From Eledone cirrhosa (lineage: Eukaryota), in assembly GCA_964016885.1 (NCBI GenBank), contig OZ024741.1:341186001-341250000 (forward strand): a stretch of DNA of 64,000 nt, given 5' to 3'. The translations under genes were made by a program, and so were the position numbers. Positions 52,461 through 64,000 of this stretch are shown piece after piece. How positions within the stretch are numbered: the first letter of the stretch is position 1; the number at the start of each line of letters is the position of its first letter. A model generated the notes under the pieces. The model saw only the letters and a program-made list of their open reading frames with translations. It searched no databases and had not been told where the DNA came from.

Positions 52461-54125
52461 ACGTTTAGCGATGACATTAGGATGGAGTTTGGACTTGACA
52501 AGTGTGCAAAAGCCACTTTCAAGAAGAGGAAGCTTGCCAACTCAGACTCAGTTGAATTGGATGCTGAAACAATCATAAAGGAACTTGAGCAGGAACAAAC
52601 CTATAAATACTTAGGGATTAATGAGGGCTCTGGCATACAGCATGCAAGTATAAAAGAGAGTATAAGGAAATAATGTTACAGGAGAGTACATGCAGTTCTG
52701 AGATCAGAACTAAACGCTCGTAACAAGGTGCTAGCCATAAATTCCTTGGCAGACCCAGTTGTCACTTCGGTGTGTTGAACTGGAATATGAGTGAAATCAA
52801 AAGAATTGACACCAAAGTCCATAAGCTACTGACCTGTAATAGGATGCACCACCCAAAAGCAGATGTGGATCGTCTTTACCTTCCTAGAACTCAAGGAGGC
52901 CGTGGCCTGATCCAATTTGAACTTGCTTACAAGACCACCATCATTGGACTGGCCAAATACCTTGAAACAACTAATGACTGTATGCTGAAACTTGTTAAAA
53001 AGCATGAGAGAAGTAAGAAGCTTCATTCTATCTTGAAGGAGAGCAAAAAATATGCTACTGATCTCATGCTTGATACCCAGGCTGGACAGACTAAAGAAAC
53101 TGTTGCAACTGATTCTGCTAGGCACATACAATCACTGGCAAAAGCAAAAGGACAAGGACAATTAGCCTCAAATTGGGAGCAGAAACCTCTGCATGGCAAA
53201 TATGTGGCCCATAGCAAACAAGCTGATGTTGACCAAAAGCACACCCATCAGTGGCTATGTAGTTCAGGGCTAAAGGCAGAGAGTGAAGGCTTCATCTTAG
53301 CTGCCAAAGATCAAAGCTTATTGACTAGTAATTACCAGACCAATGTAATGAGAAATGGAATAAACCCAAAGTGCCGATTCTGCAATGCCGAGGTTGAAAC
53401 AATACATGACTTAGTCTCTGGATGTAAAGTTTTAACACCAGTAGAATACAAATATAGACATGACAGAGGTGGCCAATATCTACACTGGGTAATATGTCGG
53501 CATTACAAAATCAAAGCTGAAGACAAGTGGTACAATCATCACCCTGAGGCTGTAGCTGAAGGAGAAGTAACAATTCTCTGGGACTTTCCTGTACATACTG
53601 ACAGGACCATAAAAGCAAATAGACCTGACATCATTGTAAAAGATCAACATAACAAGGTCTGCTTAGTGATAGATATGAGCATCCCATGTGATCACAATAT
53701 CGCGGCAAAAGAATTTGACAAGCGACGAAAATATAAAGATTTGCTTATTGAAATTGAGAAAATGTGGCACCTCAAGGCCGTTACAATACCAGTGATTGTG
53801 GGAGGACTGGGAATGATCAAGAAAGGAACAGAACAATATTTGCGAATGATTCCTGGTTTACCCTATCTGCACGAGGTGCAAAAAATTGTTTTGACTGGTA
53901 CTGCACACGTATTGAGAAGAGCACTATCTCTGTAAGATTGATATCCCTCCTTGTATTTACATATGCACATGTGTATATATGTATACTGTTTTTTTAATTT
54001 TTTTTTTTTATTTATAATCATTGTGCTGTATTAACTGGCTTACCAACGCACACTGTGAATTTATTTGCACTAGGTGTCAGAAAGACACTCAGCATATATC
54101 TCAGAAACAATAATGAAATAAAAAT
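52461..54125 (+). mobile_element. R4/Dong-clade RLE retrotransposon, 5'-truncated
   Basis: MEFGLDKC, YKYLG, HPKADVDRLYLPR..GGRGL, CRFC..C, RHD, NRPDII, D.SIP. (TAA)n on both sides. Confidence 0.93.
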
Positions 54126-54139
54126 AATAATAATAATAA

Positions 54140-55884
54140 CATTCTGCATCACACTTATAACATTAAGTAAAATGCTCAATGAAACAAAACATGGATATAA
54201 AGTCTAATACAAATCCCTTAATCACTTGTTCTACATGGATGACCTGAAACTATTTGCAAAAAATGATGAGCAATTTCAAGGGCTATTATCCACTGTGAAG
54301 CAGTTCAGTGATGATATTAAAATAGAGTTTGGACTAGATAAATGCGCCAAAGCAAAGTTCACCAGGAAAGCTGCTGAGAAGTTCAAACATTAATGTTAAT
54401 TGGGGGAATGTGATAAGAGAACTTGATCAAGAAGAAAATTAAAATATCTAGGTGTTTGTGAAGGAGACGGAATCAAGCACTCGACAATGAGGGAAAAGAT
54501 AAGGAAGGAATGTTACCGCAGAGTAAGAGCAATCTTAAGAACGGAGTTAAATGCAAGGAATAGGATCGAGCCATAAACACACTTGCCATACCAGTAGTAA
54601 CCTACAGTTACAATGTCATCAACTGGTCAAGCACAGAGATCCGTAGGCTCGATACAAAAATTAGAAAATTCTTAACCATGCACAGAATGCATCACCCTAA
54701 GGCAAATACAGATAGAATATATCTCCCTAGGAAAGAAGTAGGACGTCGATTAATCCAGTTAGATATTGCTTTGAAAACTGCAACAATTGGATTATCTACA
54801 TATCTAAGGGAGACACATGATTGGATGATCAAACTCGTTTTGAAACATGAAAGCATAAAAAAATCATACTCCATTACAAAAGATGCACAAAGATACAGTA
54901 ATGAGCTACAAATTTCAGAAGTTCCCTTTACTGCTGAAATGAAAAATACAGAAAAAGCAAAGCAGGTAAAAGTAACTGCAAAGAAAAACTACTACAGAAA
55001 CTGGCTAAGAAATGGCAAGAAAAGCCTCTGTATAGAAAATACCCAGAAAGAACTAACAATCCTGATGTTGACAAAACTTTAACCCATCAGTGGTTGGCAT
55101 CCTCTGGACTGAAATCGAGGACTGAAGGACTGATTATATCAGCACAAGATCAGTGTCTGCCAACAAAAAAATCCATTATGCTGTGTATGTAAAAAAACAA
55201 CCAGAGACCATTGATCATATAATTTCAATGTGCAGTCCTATACCTCCAACTAAACAGGCATGACAGAGCTGCAAAATACATACATTGGGTAATGTGTAAG
55301 CATTTTGACCTGCCCCATCAAAAGATTGGTGGGAGCATCAACCACTTCCCGTACTTGAAAAAGGTCGCATCTCAATTTTGTGGGAGTTAAGCATCCAAAC
55401 AGACGGAAAAATAGATGCAAATAGACCTGATATAATACTGAAGGACTTTAAAAAAAGGGTATGCCTGCTAATTGATATGTCTGTTCCTATAGAGAATAAT
55501 CTATCTATAAAAACATTTGAAAATTTGAGCAAATAAAAAGACTTGGAAATAGAGATTGGAAAAATGTGGAAGTTGAGAACTTTAAATAATGGCAGTGGTT
55601 GTAGGTGCTCTAGGAATGATACCTAAGGGGTCTAATGATTACGTATCCCAAATCCCAGGAAACCCGTATATAGAAGAAATACAAAAGATAGTACTAATGG
55701 GAACTGCCCACATACTAAGGAAGATTCTGTCAATATGAGTACATCACAAGTCTAAACACCTAAAGATACATGTGTGTGTGTGTTCTTTCTTGAACATGGC
55801 GGACCTTGTTGGCTCTTGAGGTCACTAGTTGTGACTTGGTGCTAACTTGTATGAACATAAAGCAAGATAAATGAAAAAAAAAAA
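54140..55884 (+). mobile_element. Second R4/Dong-clade element, more decayed
   Basis: HLFYMDDLKLF, RMHHPKA..DR.YLPR, NRPDII, with many frameshifts. (TAA)n flanks. Confidence 0.9.
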
Positions 55885-56089
55885 ATAATAATAATAATTT
55901 CTTTATTGGCCATTATACCCTACATATTGGGGACAATACAAAAAGACAGGGACAGTGGAAAACCTATGAATCTAAGATTTGTAGACATAAAAAAGTTAAA
56001 GAGACGACAATTCAGGTAAATAGTGTCATCCCATACCTTCAGGTGAAGAAACTTCAACAATGCAAGAATATCCTCAAAACAGCCATAAA

Positions 56090-56450
56090 TGTGGTGAAAC
56101 AAATCATTTGGTATCAAAACAAGGGAAAACAGATAAGAAAGGACAGAACCTTGGTGGAAGAAGTGATTGAAGGTTCAAATCAAGGAAATAAGAAAGGACA
56201 TCAGGAAACTTGAGTCTTTATTAAGCAGTATATCACAAAACATAGATACTAAGGATAGATTGACACAGAAATACAATACAAAGGGAAACGGACTAAATGT
56301 TATAATAGAGGAACTAAAGCAACGAGTCATAGCCAAAAGTGCAAAAATTAAAAGATATGAGAGCAGATTAGCCAATATAGACAAAACTGCATGTTCAACA
56401 ACAACCAGAAGGTGTTATTTGAACAGCTTTAAAAGAAAGAAAGAGGCAAC
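56090..56450 (+). mobile_element. R4/Dong N-terminal coding fragment
   Basis: PWWK..L...IKE.RKDI..L and EELKQR..AK..K.KRY motifs. Confidence 0.65.
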
Positions 56451-56794
56451 CTTAGCAAGATATTCTTGGAAAGTATAAAACAGCACTTCACTTTAAGAAC
56501 TGAAATCTACTCTAATACTAAAACTTTTCACAATGCTCTGTCCACTAGTAAAGATAATATAAACATTAGAATCAACAAACTTGATTTTAGATAATTTCTG
56601 CTATATCATTACAGGATGTTAAGAGATAAAACTGCAAGTTTTCACAATAGTCCATCCACTAGTAAAGATACTATAAACGTTTGAATTAACAAACATGTTT
56701 TTAGATATTTTCTGCTAAATCATCACAGGATGTTAAGAGTTAAGAAATAAAAAAAGGTAATTTGAAAAATGAAAAATATATCAGTTTTATTTAC

Positions 56795-56966
56795 CTCATT
56801 TTGAGTTAAGTTGAATCTTATAACAGACATCGTTGCTATAATAGGTTTTGATGTGGATATCTGTAATCCAGCTGGAGGTATGATGGGGCATTTTGTGAGG
56901 ATGTGCTTGTATTTGCTTTGATTTGAGACACCACCTACACAATAGTCTCCACCAACTTTCCGATAG
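56795..56966 (-). CDS. SORCS: SorCS-like VPS10-domain receptor, exon A (end of 10CC module and start of PKD1)
   Basis: Acceptor ttttcttttgttaatctAG and donor GTaaat. Encodes (G)YRKVGGDYCVGGVSNQSKYKHILTKCPIIPPAGLQISTSKPIIATMSVIRFNLTQNE, resembling the SorCS GYRKV..N.C..G...CP...P.GL motif. 172 nt, phase 2 to 0. Confidence 0.9.
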
Positions 56967-56991
56967 CTAGATTAACAAAAGAAAATGTATG

Positions 56992-57048
<57 letters not shown>

Positions 57049-57157
57049 TTACGGTAAACATTGATGCAATTCAATTCAAGCACTCGACGTATTTTTTCCA
57101 CATAGGAAAACAGAGTATATTTAGAATGAGAAAATGCGAAGTAGCTTCAGATGATAG

Positions 57158-57485
57158 AGTCCTTTATTGATAATGCTGTGATACATATTTCAATGACGAC
57201 AGTGGGACATGATTCTGTGTACCCAGTGCTATGATATCATAAAACAGCTTCTTATATAATAAGGTTATGTTCCCAAGGAAATCCAAACAGAAATGACGAG
57301 GGAACAGACAAGGCGTGTTTTCTTGAATCTCTCAGCCATTCCCCTGTCGATTCTGTTAGGATTGACTCAGGAACGTAATCTTATTATATAAGAAGCTGTC
57401 TGAGGATGTCACGGCACTGGGTACACAGAATCGTGTGGCCACTGTCACCTTTAAATATGTATCACAGCATTATCAATAAAGGACT
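57158..57485. repeat. ~330-bp foldback palindrome
   Basis: Perfect 33-bp terminal IR agtcctttattgataatgctgtgatacatattt, with inner pairs gattctgtgtacccagtgc and acagcttcttatataataag. Confidence 0.9.
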
Positions 57486-59138
57486 TGTTATACTTGGGGA
57501 GGGTCATATTTGTGTAATATTGCCAGAATTAATAACAGAACACACTCACTGTTTGGTTGGTTTCCGCTTCTCGCTTCTGTGTCTTTTATATCGGTAATCT
57601 AATATACTCGGTCCTCAATGTTGCCATTGACTGACCGACGGTCAAAATTAATACAGATACAATATAGACACAAACACATATATATAGTTTATCATAAATC
57701 TTTCGTTGCACATCTGCAACATCGTCCGTGGTGCTACCTTTTCCTCCTGTTGTATTGTATGTCTACGCCATTTTTATTCAGTCTGTCTATATATTTATTT
57801 ATTTATTTGCTTGTTTGTTTATTTTATTTTGTCTTCTTTGCGCATGCGTTTGCGTGTGTGTATAGTGTTATGTTTGCTGTGTGGCTAGTGTGTATAGTGT
57901 TGTGTTTGCTGGGTGGCTAGTGTGTGTTTATGTGCTTGTTGTTAGTGTGCTTGTGTATGTATTTATTTATCTTATTTTATTTACTTATTTATACTTCTCT
58001 TAGGTCAGTGTTGTTTGTTTGGGTGTTGTTGTTATTTCATTCATTCTTTCTGTTTAGTTTTGGTCTTCTAAGTTCTATTTCACTGGCCTCTCTGATTTGT
58101 CTATCTGCTGGGTCATTTCTATGTTTAGATATTATTCTAATTTCTATGTTGTCTATGTTACCGTCATGTTGTTGTCTAGCATGTTCGTATAGTACTGAAC
58201 CGTTTTTTTGTCCTTTTAGTTCCCCCCAGTATTGGTCTATCCTCTCACCTATGCTACGAGCTGTCTCACCTATGTATGTTGTTGTCATGTTTCTGCAAGT
58301 ACCCTCTGTACAACTTATGCTATAGACTACGTTTCTAGTTTTACAGTTTATCCGGGGGTTTACCTTACATATGATACATTTCCTATTGGTACAGTGGGTT
58401 TTCTTAAAAGGGTAGGTTTTGCTGATCAGGGATTTTATGGTGGTTCCTGGCTTTTCTACCACCTTAATTTTTAAGTGGGTCTTTCTCAGGGCCTTTCTAC
58501 ACTGGTTAGCTAATTTCCCTCCAGGGGTAGCGTCCACAAACATGACACTCTGGTATCTCTGGTTGTCGTACCATGAGGTGGCTTTCCCTATCTTATGTCT
58601 AGCCCTATCTAAGCTATTCCATGATTTGCTCCTGTATAATGGGCAAATTCCTTTCATGTCCAGTTCTATGAGGGTCTTATACTTCTCCATGGCTCCTTCG
58701 TATACTCTGACTCTGTCTCTTTGGTTGTAGCCAGAGAACTGCATGTGGTTGATGAAGTGTTGGATGTGTCTTTCCATTTCTGTTGGGTCGCACATGCGGG
58801 ACACATTCTTCATCACTCGTACCAAATCTGCGATCAGAATATTAAACTTAGCACTACTGGACATTGCTGAGTTTTTGAGTATCAGGTATTTGGAGGCCAT
58901 GGGTTTAGCATAGTGTAAGTGGAGAATTTGGGCTCTCTCGTCTATAGTGTTAATCCAGAGTTCTGTGTCTAATACAGGTAGTCTATTGTTAGGGTGTTTG
59001 GAAGGGAAGTCGATAGTTACAGTTATACTCTGGTGTATGGAATTAGCTATCTGCTGGATGCTTTCCATCGTGCTACGTTCTAAATCAAACTTGTTAGTGC
59101 TCTCATATAAAAAACCTTGCAAAACTAATTCATCGCCG
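57485..59138 (-). mobile_element. Penelope-like element, 5'-truncated (RT thumb, GIY-YIG, 3' UTR with hammerhead)
   Basis: ORF 58037-59122 contains LPVLD, C....C..C, NVVY.I.C..C...YIGET.R...ER and RQIREA..I....P.LNRK.E. Confidence 0.92.
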
Positions 59139-59158
59139 CCATATATATATATATATAT

Positions 59159-59560
59159 CTAAGGCGGGTAAAATTCCCCAGATCCATGGACGAGTTCTCT
59201 CCAGCGGTCTCTGTCCCTCATTATCGCTGCCATGTCCTGCGTCTCCAATAGACCAGTGTCTGTCCTTAGGGCATCAACATACGTTAACCTTGGTCTTCCT
59301 CTTCTAGTGTGTCCATGTAGGGGCTCCCAAAGGAGCACTGAATGCAATGTCAACTCTGGATGTCGGTGAGCATGTCCAACTAACCTCAGTCTCCTCTGTG
59401 TCACTTTTGAGCTGACTTTTGGGATGCTCCCATACAGCTCTGAGTTTTTCATCCTCAGTGTATACTGATTAATGTTCAGAGCCATCCTCAGCATTCTCGT
59501 GTAGCACCCATCCACCATCTGACAATGACCATGTAGCACCCATCCACCATCTGAAACTCA
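59159..59560 (-). mobile_element. RTE-like LINE 3' fragment
   Basis: DGCYTRMLRMALN, RRLRLVGH..RH, LLWEP.HG...RGRP..TY.D. Confidence 0.85.
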
Positions 59561-59885
59561 CTCAGATATATATATACACACACACACACACATATATATA
59601 TGTATATATATGTGCATATATATATCATCATCATCACCATTTAATGTCGATTTTCCATGCTTGCATGGGTTAGACAGACTGTCATGTTAAAGGACCAGAT
59701 AGGTCAGGTGACCAATTCTTGCTCATACAAACTGTTTTTGACTTGGTTTGCTATGGTTGGTTGCTCTTCCTATAGTCAACCACACCACAGAGTTGACTGG
59801 GCGCTTCTTTTGTCATGACATCAGTATGACCTCTGAATCTATTTTTCTATCTATTTCTCTCTCTCTCTTCATATATATATATATA

Positions 59886-59977
59886 TGTAAAAGTTAAAAA
59901 GAAATAACAACACAATCGGTACAGTTTATGGAAGGGATATTTTAGGTTGACGCTTGAAATAGCAGGAAGAGGGTCTT
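59886..59977 (-). mobile_element. 92-bp insertion homologous to the segment 3' of the 38433 hammerhead cleavage site
   Basis: Reverse complement aligns to 38465-38556 and sits within (TA)n. Confidence 0.75.
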
Positions 59978-60041
59978 ATATATATATATATATATCCATA
60001 TATACATATATATTTATATATAAATCCATATATACATATAT

Positions 60042-60784
60042 ATATTGTTATACTTGGGGAGGGTCATATTTGTGTAATATTGCCAGAATTAATAACAGAA
60101 CATACTTACTGTTTGGTTGGTTTTCGCTTTTCGCTTCTGTGTCTTTTATATCGGTAATCTAATTTATTCGGTCCTCAATGTTGCCATTGACTGACCAGTG
60201 GTCAAAAATAATACAGATACAATATAGACACAAACACATATATATAGTTTATCAAAGTTCTTTCGTTGCACATCTGCAACATCGTCAGTGGTGCTATTGT
60301 TTCCTCCTGTTACATTGTATTTTCTATGCCAATCACGAACACACATCAAACAAAACACTATACACACACGCAAACGCATGTGCAAAGAAGACAAAATAAA
60401 ATAAACAAATAAATAAACATATAAACAGACTAAATAAAGATGGCGTAGAAAATACAATGTAACGGGAGGAAACAATAGCACCACTGACGATGTTGCAGAT
60501 GTGCAACGAAAGAACTTTGATAAACTATATATATGTGTTTGTGTCTATATTGTATCTGTATTATTTTTGACCGCTGGTCAGTCAATGGCAACATTGAGGA
60601 CCGAATAAATTAGATTACCGATATAAAAGACACAGAAGCGGAAAGCGAAAACCAACCAAACAGTAAGTATGTTCTGTTATTAATTCTGGCAATATTACAC
60701 AAATATGACCCTCCCCAAGTATAACAATATTTGTTTCGACACACGATTTCATATCAAAAACCTCGCAAAACTAATTCATCGCCG
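60042..60784. mobile_element. ORF-less inverted pair of Penelope pLTRs (same family as 57485-59138)
   Basis: Arms ~60042-60321 and ~60452-60730 are reverse complements, and each carries CTGACGA t gttgca-gatg-tgcaac GAAA. Confidence 0.88.
60480..60521 (+). ncRNA. Hammerhead-like motif (mirror copy 60251-60292; core-mutated copy 57691-57732)
   Basis: acca CTGACGA t gttgca gatg tgcaac GAAA gaac TT tgat. Stems I and III are weak. Confidence 0.55.
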
Positions 60785-61055
60785 TTATTACATATATATA
60801 TCCATATATACATATATATTTATGTATATGTATACTTACATATACATAAATATATATGTATATATGGATATATATATATATACATATACATATACATAAA
60901 TATTCATGCACACACATAAGCATACACCCATAGACACACACATATCAGAATGGCTGCAGCTTGTTGGCAGGAATGTGTAAAAGAGAAACATATATACTTA
61001 AACATATATCATGCACATATATATGTATGTACACCTAAATGCACACCATAACAAA

Positions 61056-61135
<80 letters not shown>

Positions 61136-61855
61136 TGATGTTTTATTGTTGCAGTATAAAAATTTATATTAGTTAATATTAGGCTTAAATAGAAACCTGC
61201 TGATTGTTGAATTGTATTGATATAATTGTATTGATATAATGATAACAAAGGCACAGTAGTAGTTCCCAGTACTTAGAATGACAACTATGGTTTTTCATAA
61301 TAAACATTTCAGCTTAAGTGCCATAACACATTTTATTCAACAATTTTGGATAAAGAATTAACGAAAAATAAGCAAGACTTCATGAAAATCCATTGAACTG
61401 GATGACGTTCACTCAAAGTTGGTAGAATTGCTGTTGTCAAAGACTTCTCCAAACAGGAAGTCTAAATTTGGAACATCCATTTTGTATATGTACTTGTATA
61501 CTTGCAGGCAACACATTGATTTTGGCTTCATACAGAGATAGCATTGTCACAGAAACCATTTCAATATATATATATATATGTGTATGTGTGTGTGTGTGTG
61601 TATACACACACACACATATAGATGTGTATATATATAACAATAAGTATGGTACCAGGAAAAACGGGAATAACTAGGCAGGAAAAGATGGTCAGAAGGAGAA
61701 ATTTATTGAGAGTTCATTCGGTAACATATGTTTCTGTACAATAACCGTCTACATGCGCTGACTGCAAAGTCCCATTGGTAAGCAATCTTCCATATTTATT
61801 TGGTTTGCGCATCTGATCTACACAAACGAAATTTAATTTGACTTTGTGTGTGCAC

Positions 61856-61918
<63 letters not shown>

Positions 61919-61920
61919 AA

Positions 61921-62229
61921 CACATGGCTTAGTGGTTAGACCATTGGGCTTGCAATCGAGAGGGAGTTCAATTCTCAGACCGGGTGATGTGTTGTGTCTT
62001 TGAGCAAGAGATTTTATTTCATGTTGCTCCAGTTTACTCAGCTGTAGAAATGAGTTGCGACGTCACTGGTGTCGAGCTGTATTGGCCATCATCATTGGCA
62101 TGAAGAGGGGAGACAGGTATGCATGGGCAGCTGCTTGTCTTCCACAAACAACTTTTCTGACTTGTACCTCGGAGCGAAACTTTCTAGGTGCAAATCCCAT
62201 GGTCATTTGTGACCAAAGAGGGTCTTTAC

Positions 62230-62233
<4 letters not shown>
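61921..62233 (+). mobile_element. tRNA-head CORE-SINE with an alternative (non-RTE) 3' tail
   Basis: Matches 17014 through gctgtagaaatgag, then the sequence is unrelated. Confidence 0.85.
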
Positions 62234-62299
<66 letters not shown>

Positions 62300-62301
<2 letters not shown>

Positions 62302-62900
62302 TCATCATCATCATCATCATCGTTTAACGTCCATCTTCCATGCTAGCATGGGTTTGGACGGGAATTTTCACACTTGAGGCAAGATTGGTTGTCTTGCTCG
62401 TATAGGACTGTCTGACGGTTTTTCTACGGCTGGATGCCCTTCCTAACACCAACCACGTTTACAGTGTGGACTGGGAGGTTTTTACCGTGTTACCTACACA
62501 GCCACATAACAGCGTGGACTGTGTGTTTTTTGTTGTGACACCTACATGCCCTCATTTGTTTTGAACTGGATGCTGTGGTACCAACATAACTTTACATTGG
62601 AAGGGGTGGTGTGGATGGGGTGGGGGGGTAGTGGGGCCGGGGTGTATTTTGTTAGAGGTGCCTACTGACTGTAGGTTTCGCTTTGTACTTAGGCAAGGCT
62701 TGTCTTCTGTATTACTGTGTATCGCCAAAGATCTCGGTCCAGTGACATTGTCTTGGAGAGGTGTAGGTGTGTGAGGTCGGAATTTAGCAAGTCGTCCCAG
62801 GTTTTTCTGGGTCTGCCTACTCCGTGGCTACCGTCTATTTTTATTGCCCTGAACTTTTTTATACAGCTGTCGTCTTTCATGCGCATCACGTGACCGTACT
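62300..62900 (-). mobile_element. RTE LINE 3' fragment related to 14794-16997
   Basis: YGHVMRMKDDSCIK...GVGRPRKTWD, 3' UTR and (GAT)n tail. Confidence 0.88.
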
Positions 62901-64000
62901 AATATATATATAAAGTGACCAAGCTCAAACTTTCTACTCAGAAAATAAAATTTACACTCTACATGTTTCAATTTTTTAAGTATCATGGTATTTTTAACAT
63001 CAATTCTAATATGTATGTATTATCAAAAACCCCTATCCACACAGTAAAGTGATCATGATAAAAAGCGCCCACTCCCCACTTAAAGTGGTTGTGTTGGTGT
63101 CATGACATAAAGCACTCAGACTACTCTATACAGTGGTCATTTTGTTGCGATGATAAACAGCACCCAGTCCAACTGTTAAAGTTAGTCACTAGGTTGTGGA
63201 GTTGTTATTCAATTCATCCTTTCTATTGAGTTTCTGCATAAATCCAGTTATATGTGTCACTTCCTTAAGGAGGTGAAAAATGAAGAGGATGCCATAAGAA
63301 TCTGGAAGTACAGCAGATCCAACAGGGGCAATAGATGATGTGCAAAGGTGCACTTCTGAAGAGTCTCAACTGGAATGATATATGGAGAGGAAAGTCTGCA
63401 CTGAAGGGCATCTGGGTGACCATCCAAAACAAGATTAGAATATATGAATTAGACATGTTCTCTTGTTCAGACTAGTATGTGACAGAGTGTGATGCAGTGT
63501 GACAGCCCATCTGGCCCAGGCAGGCTTAAGGGAAGTAAATATTTAACAATTATGTGGATGCACACACTTCCCCTCTCCTCCATCCTGGTACACCTTTCCT
63601 CTCCAGCACATGGAAAGTGGAACATGCTCCACACCTGCTCCCCCATAGTGTTGGTGCCCCTGACAAACTGCCCCAGTAAACCCTGTTAGACAGTTGACTA
63701 GGTTCTATGATGGAAAGTACCTAGTCCACTCTCTAAAGTAGTAGTGATGGTGCCATGAGAAAAACTCATTGTAATGTGGTTGGCACTATGAAGGGTACAA
63801 AGTCATAGAAAACCAAACCAAAAGTAGATCTAAATGAGCAAGATGTGGTCACCTGATTATATGACAATTCATCTAACCCATGAAAGCATGGAAAATAGAC
63901 GTTAAATGGTGATGGTGATATATATACAGGGTGTCCCCCCAAAAAATGTATACATACTTTGATTACCTGTACAGGCAATATTTATTAGAATGCCATTGAA

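Noticed and set aside
57046-57052. GTAAGT donor-like site upstream of exon A
   Set aside because: No open frame resembling the expected Cys-rich 10CC sequence precedes it.

Overview
This is eukaryotic, AT-rich, microsatellite- and retroposon-dense genomic DNA. The SINE, LINE and Penelope content is most like a coleoid cephalopod such as octopus, which is an inference. The only host gene I can support is a SorCS-type VPS10-domain receptor on the minus strand. Seven small exons (56966 to 7407) splice in frame with GT-AG sites and consistent phases, encoding the end of the 10CC module, two PKD domains and the SorCS membrane-proximal domain. The upstream exons and the TM/cytoplasmic exons were not found in the window. 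Everything else is intronic mobile DNA: a near full-length Tx1/L1-clade LINE (46.0-51.8 kb), a 5'-truncated RTE LINE with partner SINEs, R4/Dong-type RLE elements in (AAT)n and (CATA)n, several Penelope-like elements (two forming long inverted repeats), a tandem non-autonomous Helitron, TTAA MITEs, foldback elements and a 40-bp satellite. The most interesting signal is a set of at least six distinct type-I hammerhead ribozyme motifs. These include a ~520-bp non-coding, terminally repeated retrozyme-like unit, a 92-bp insertion that starts at the predicted ribozyme cleavage site, core-variant hammerheads, and a hammerhead captured by a Helitron. All RNA structures were read by eye and none were computed.
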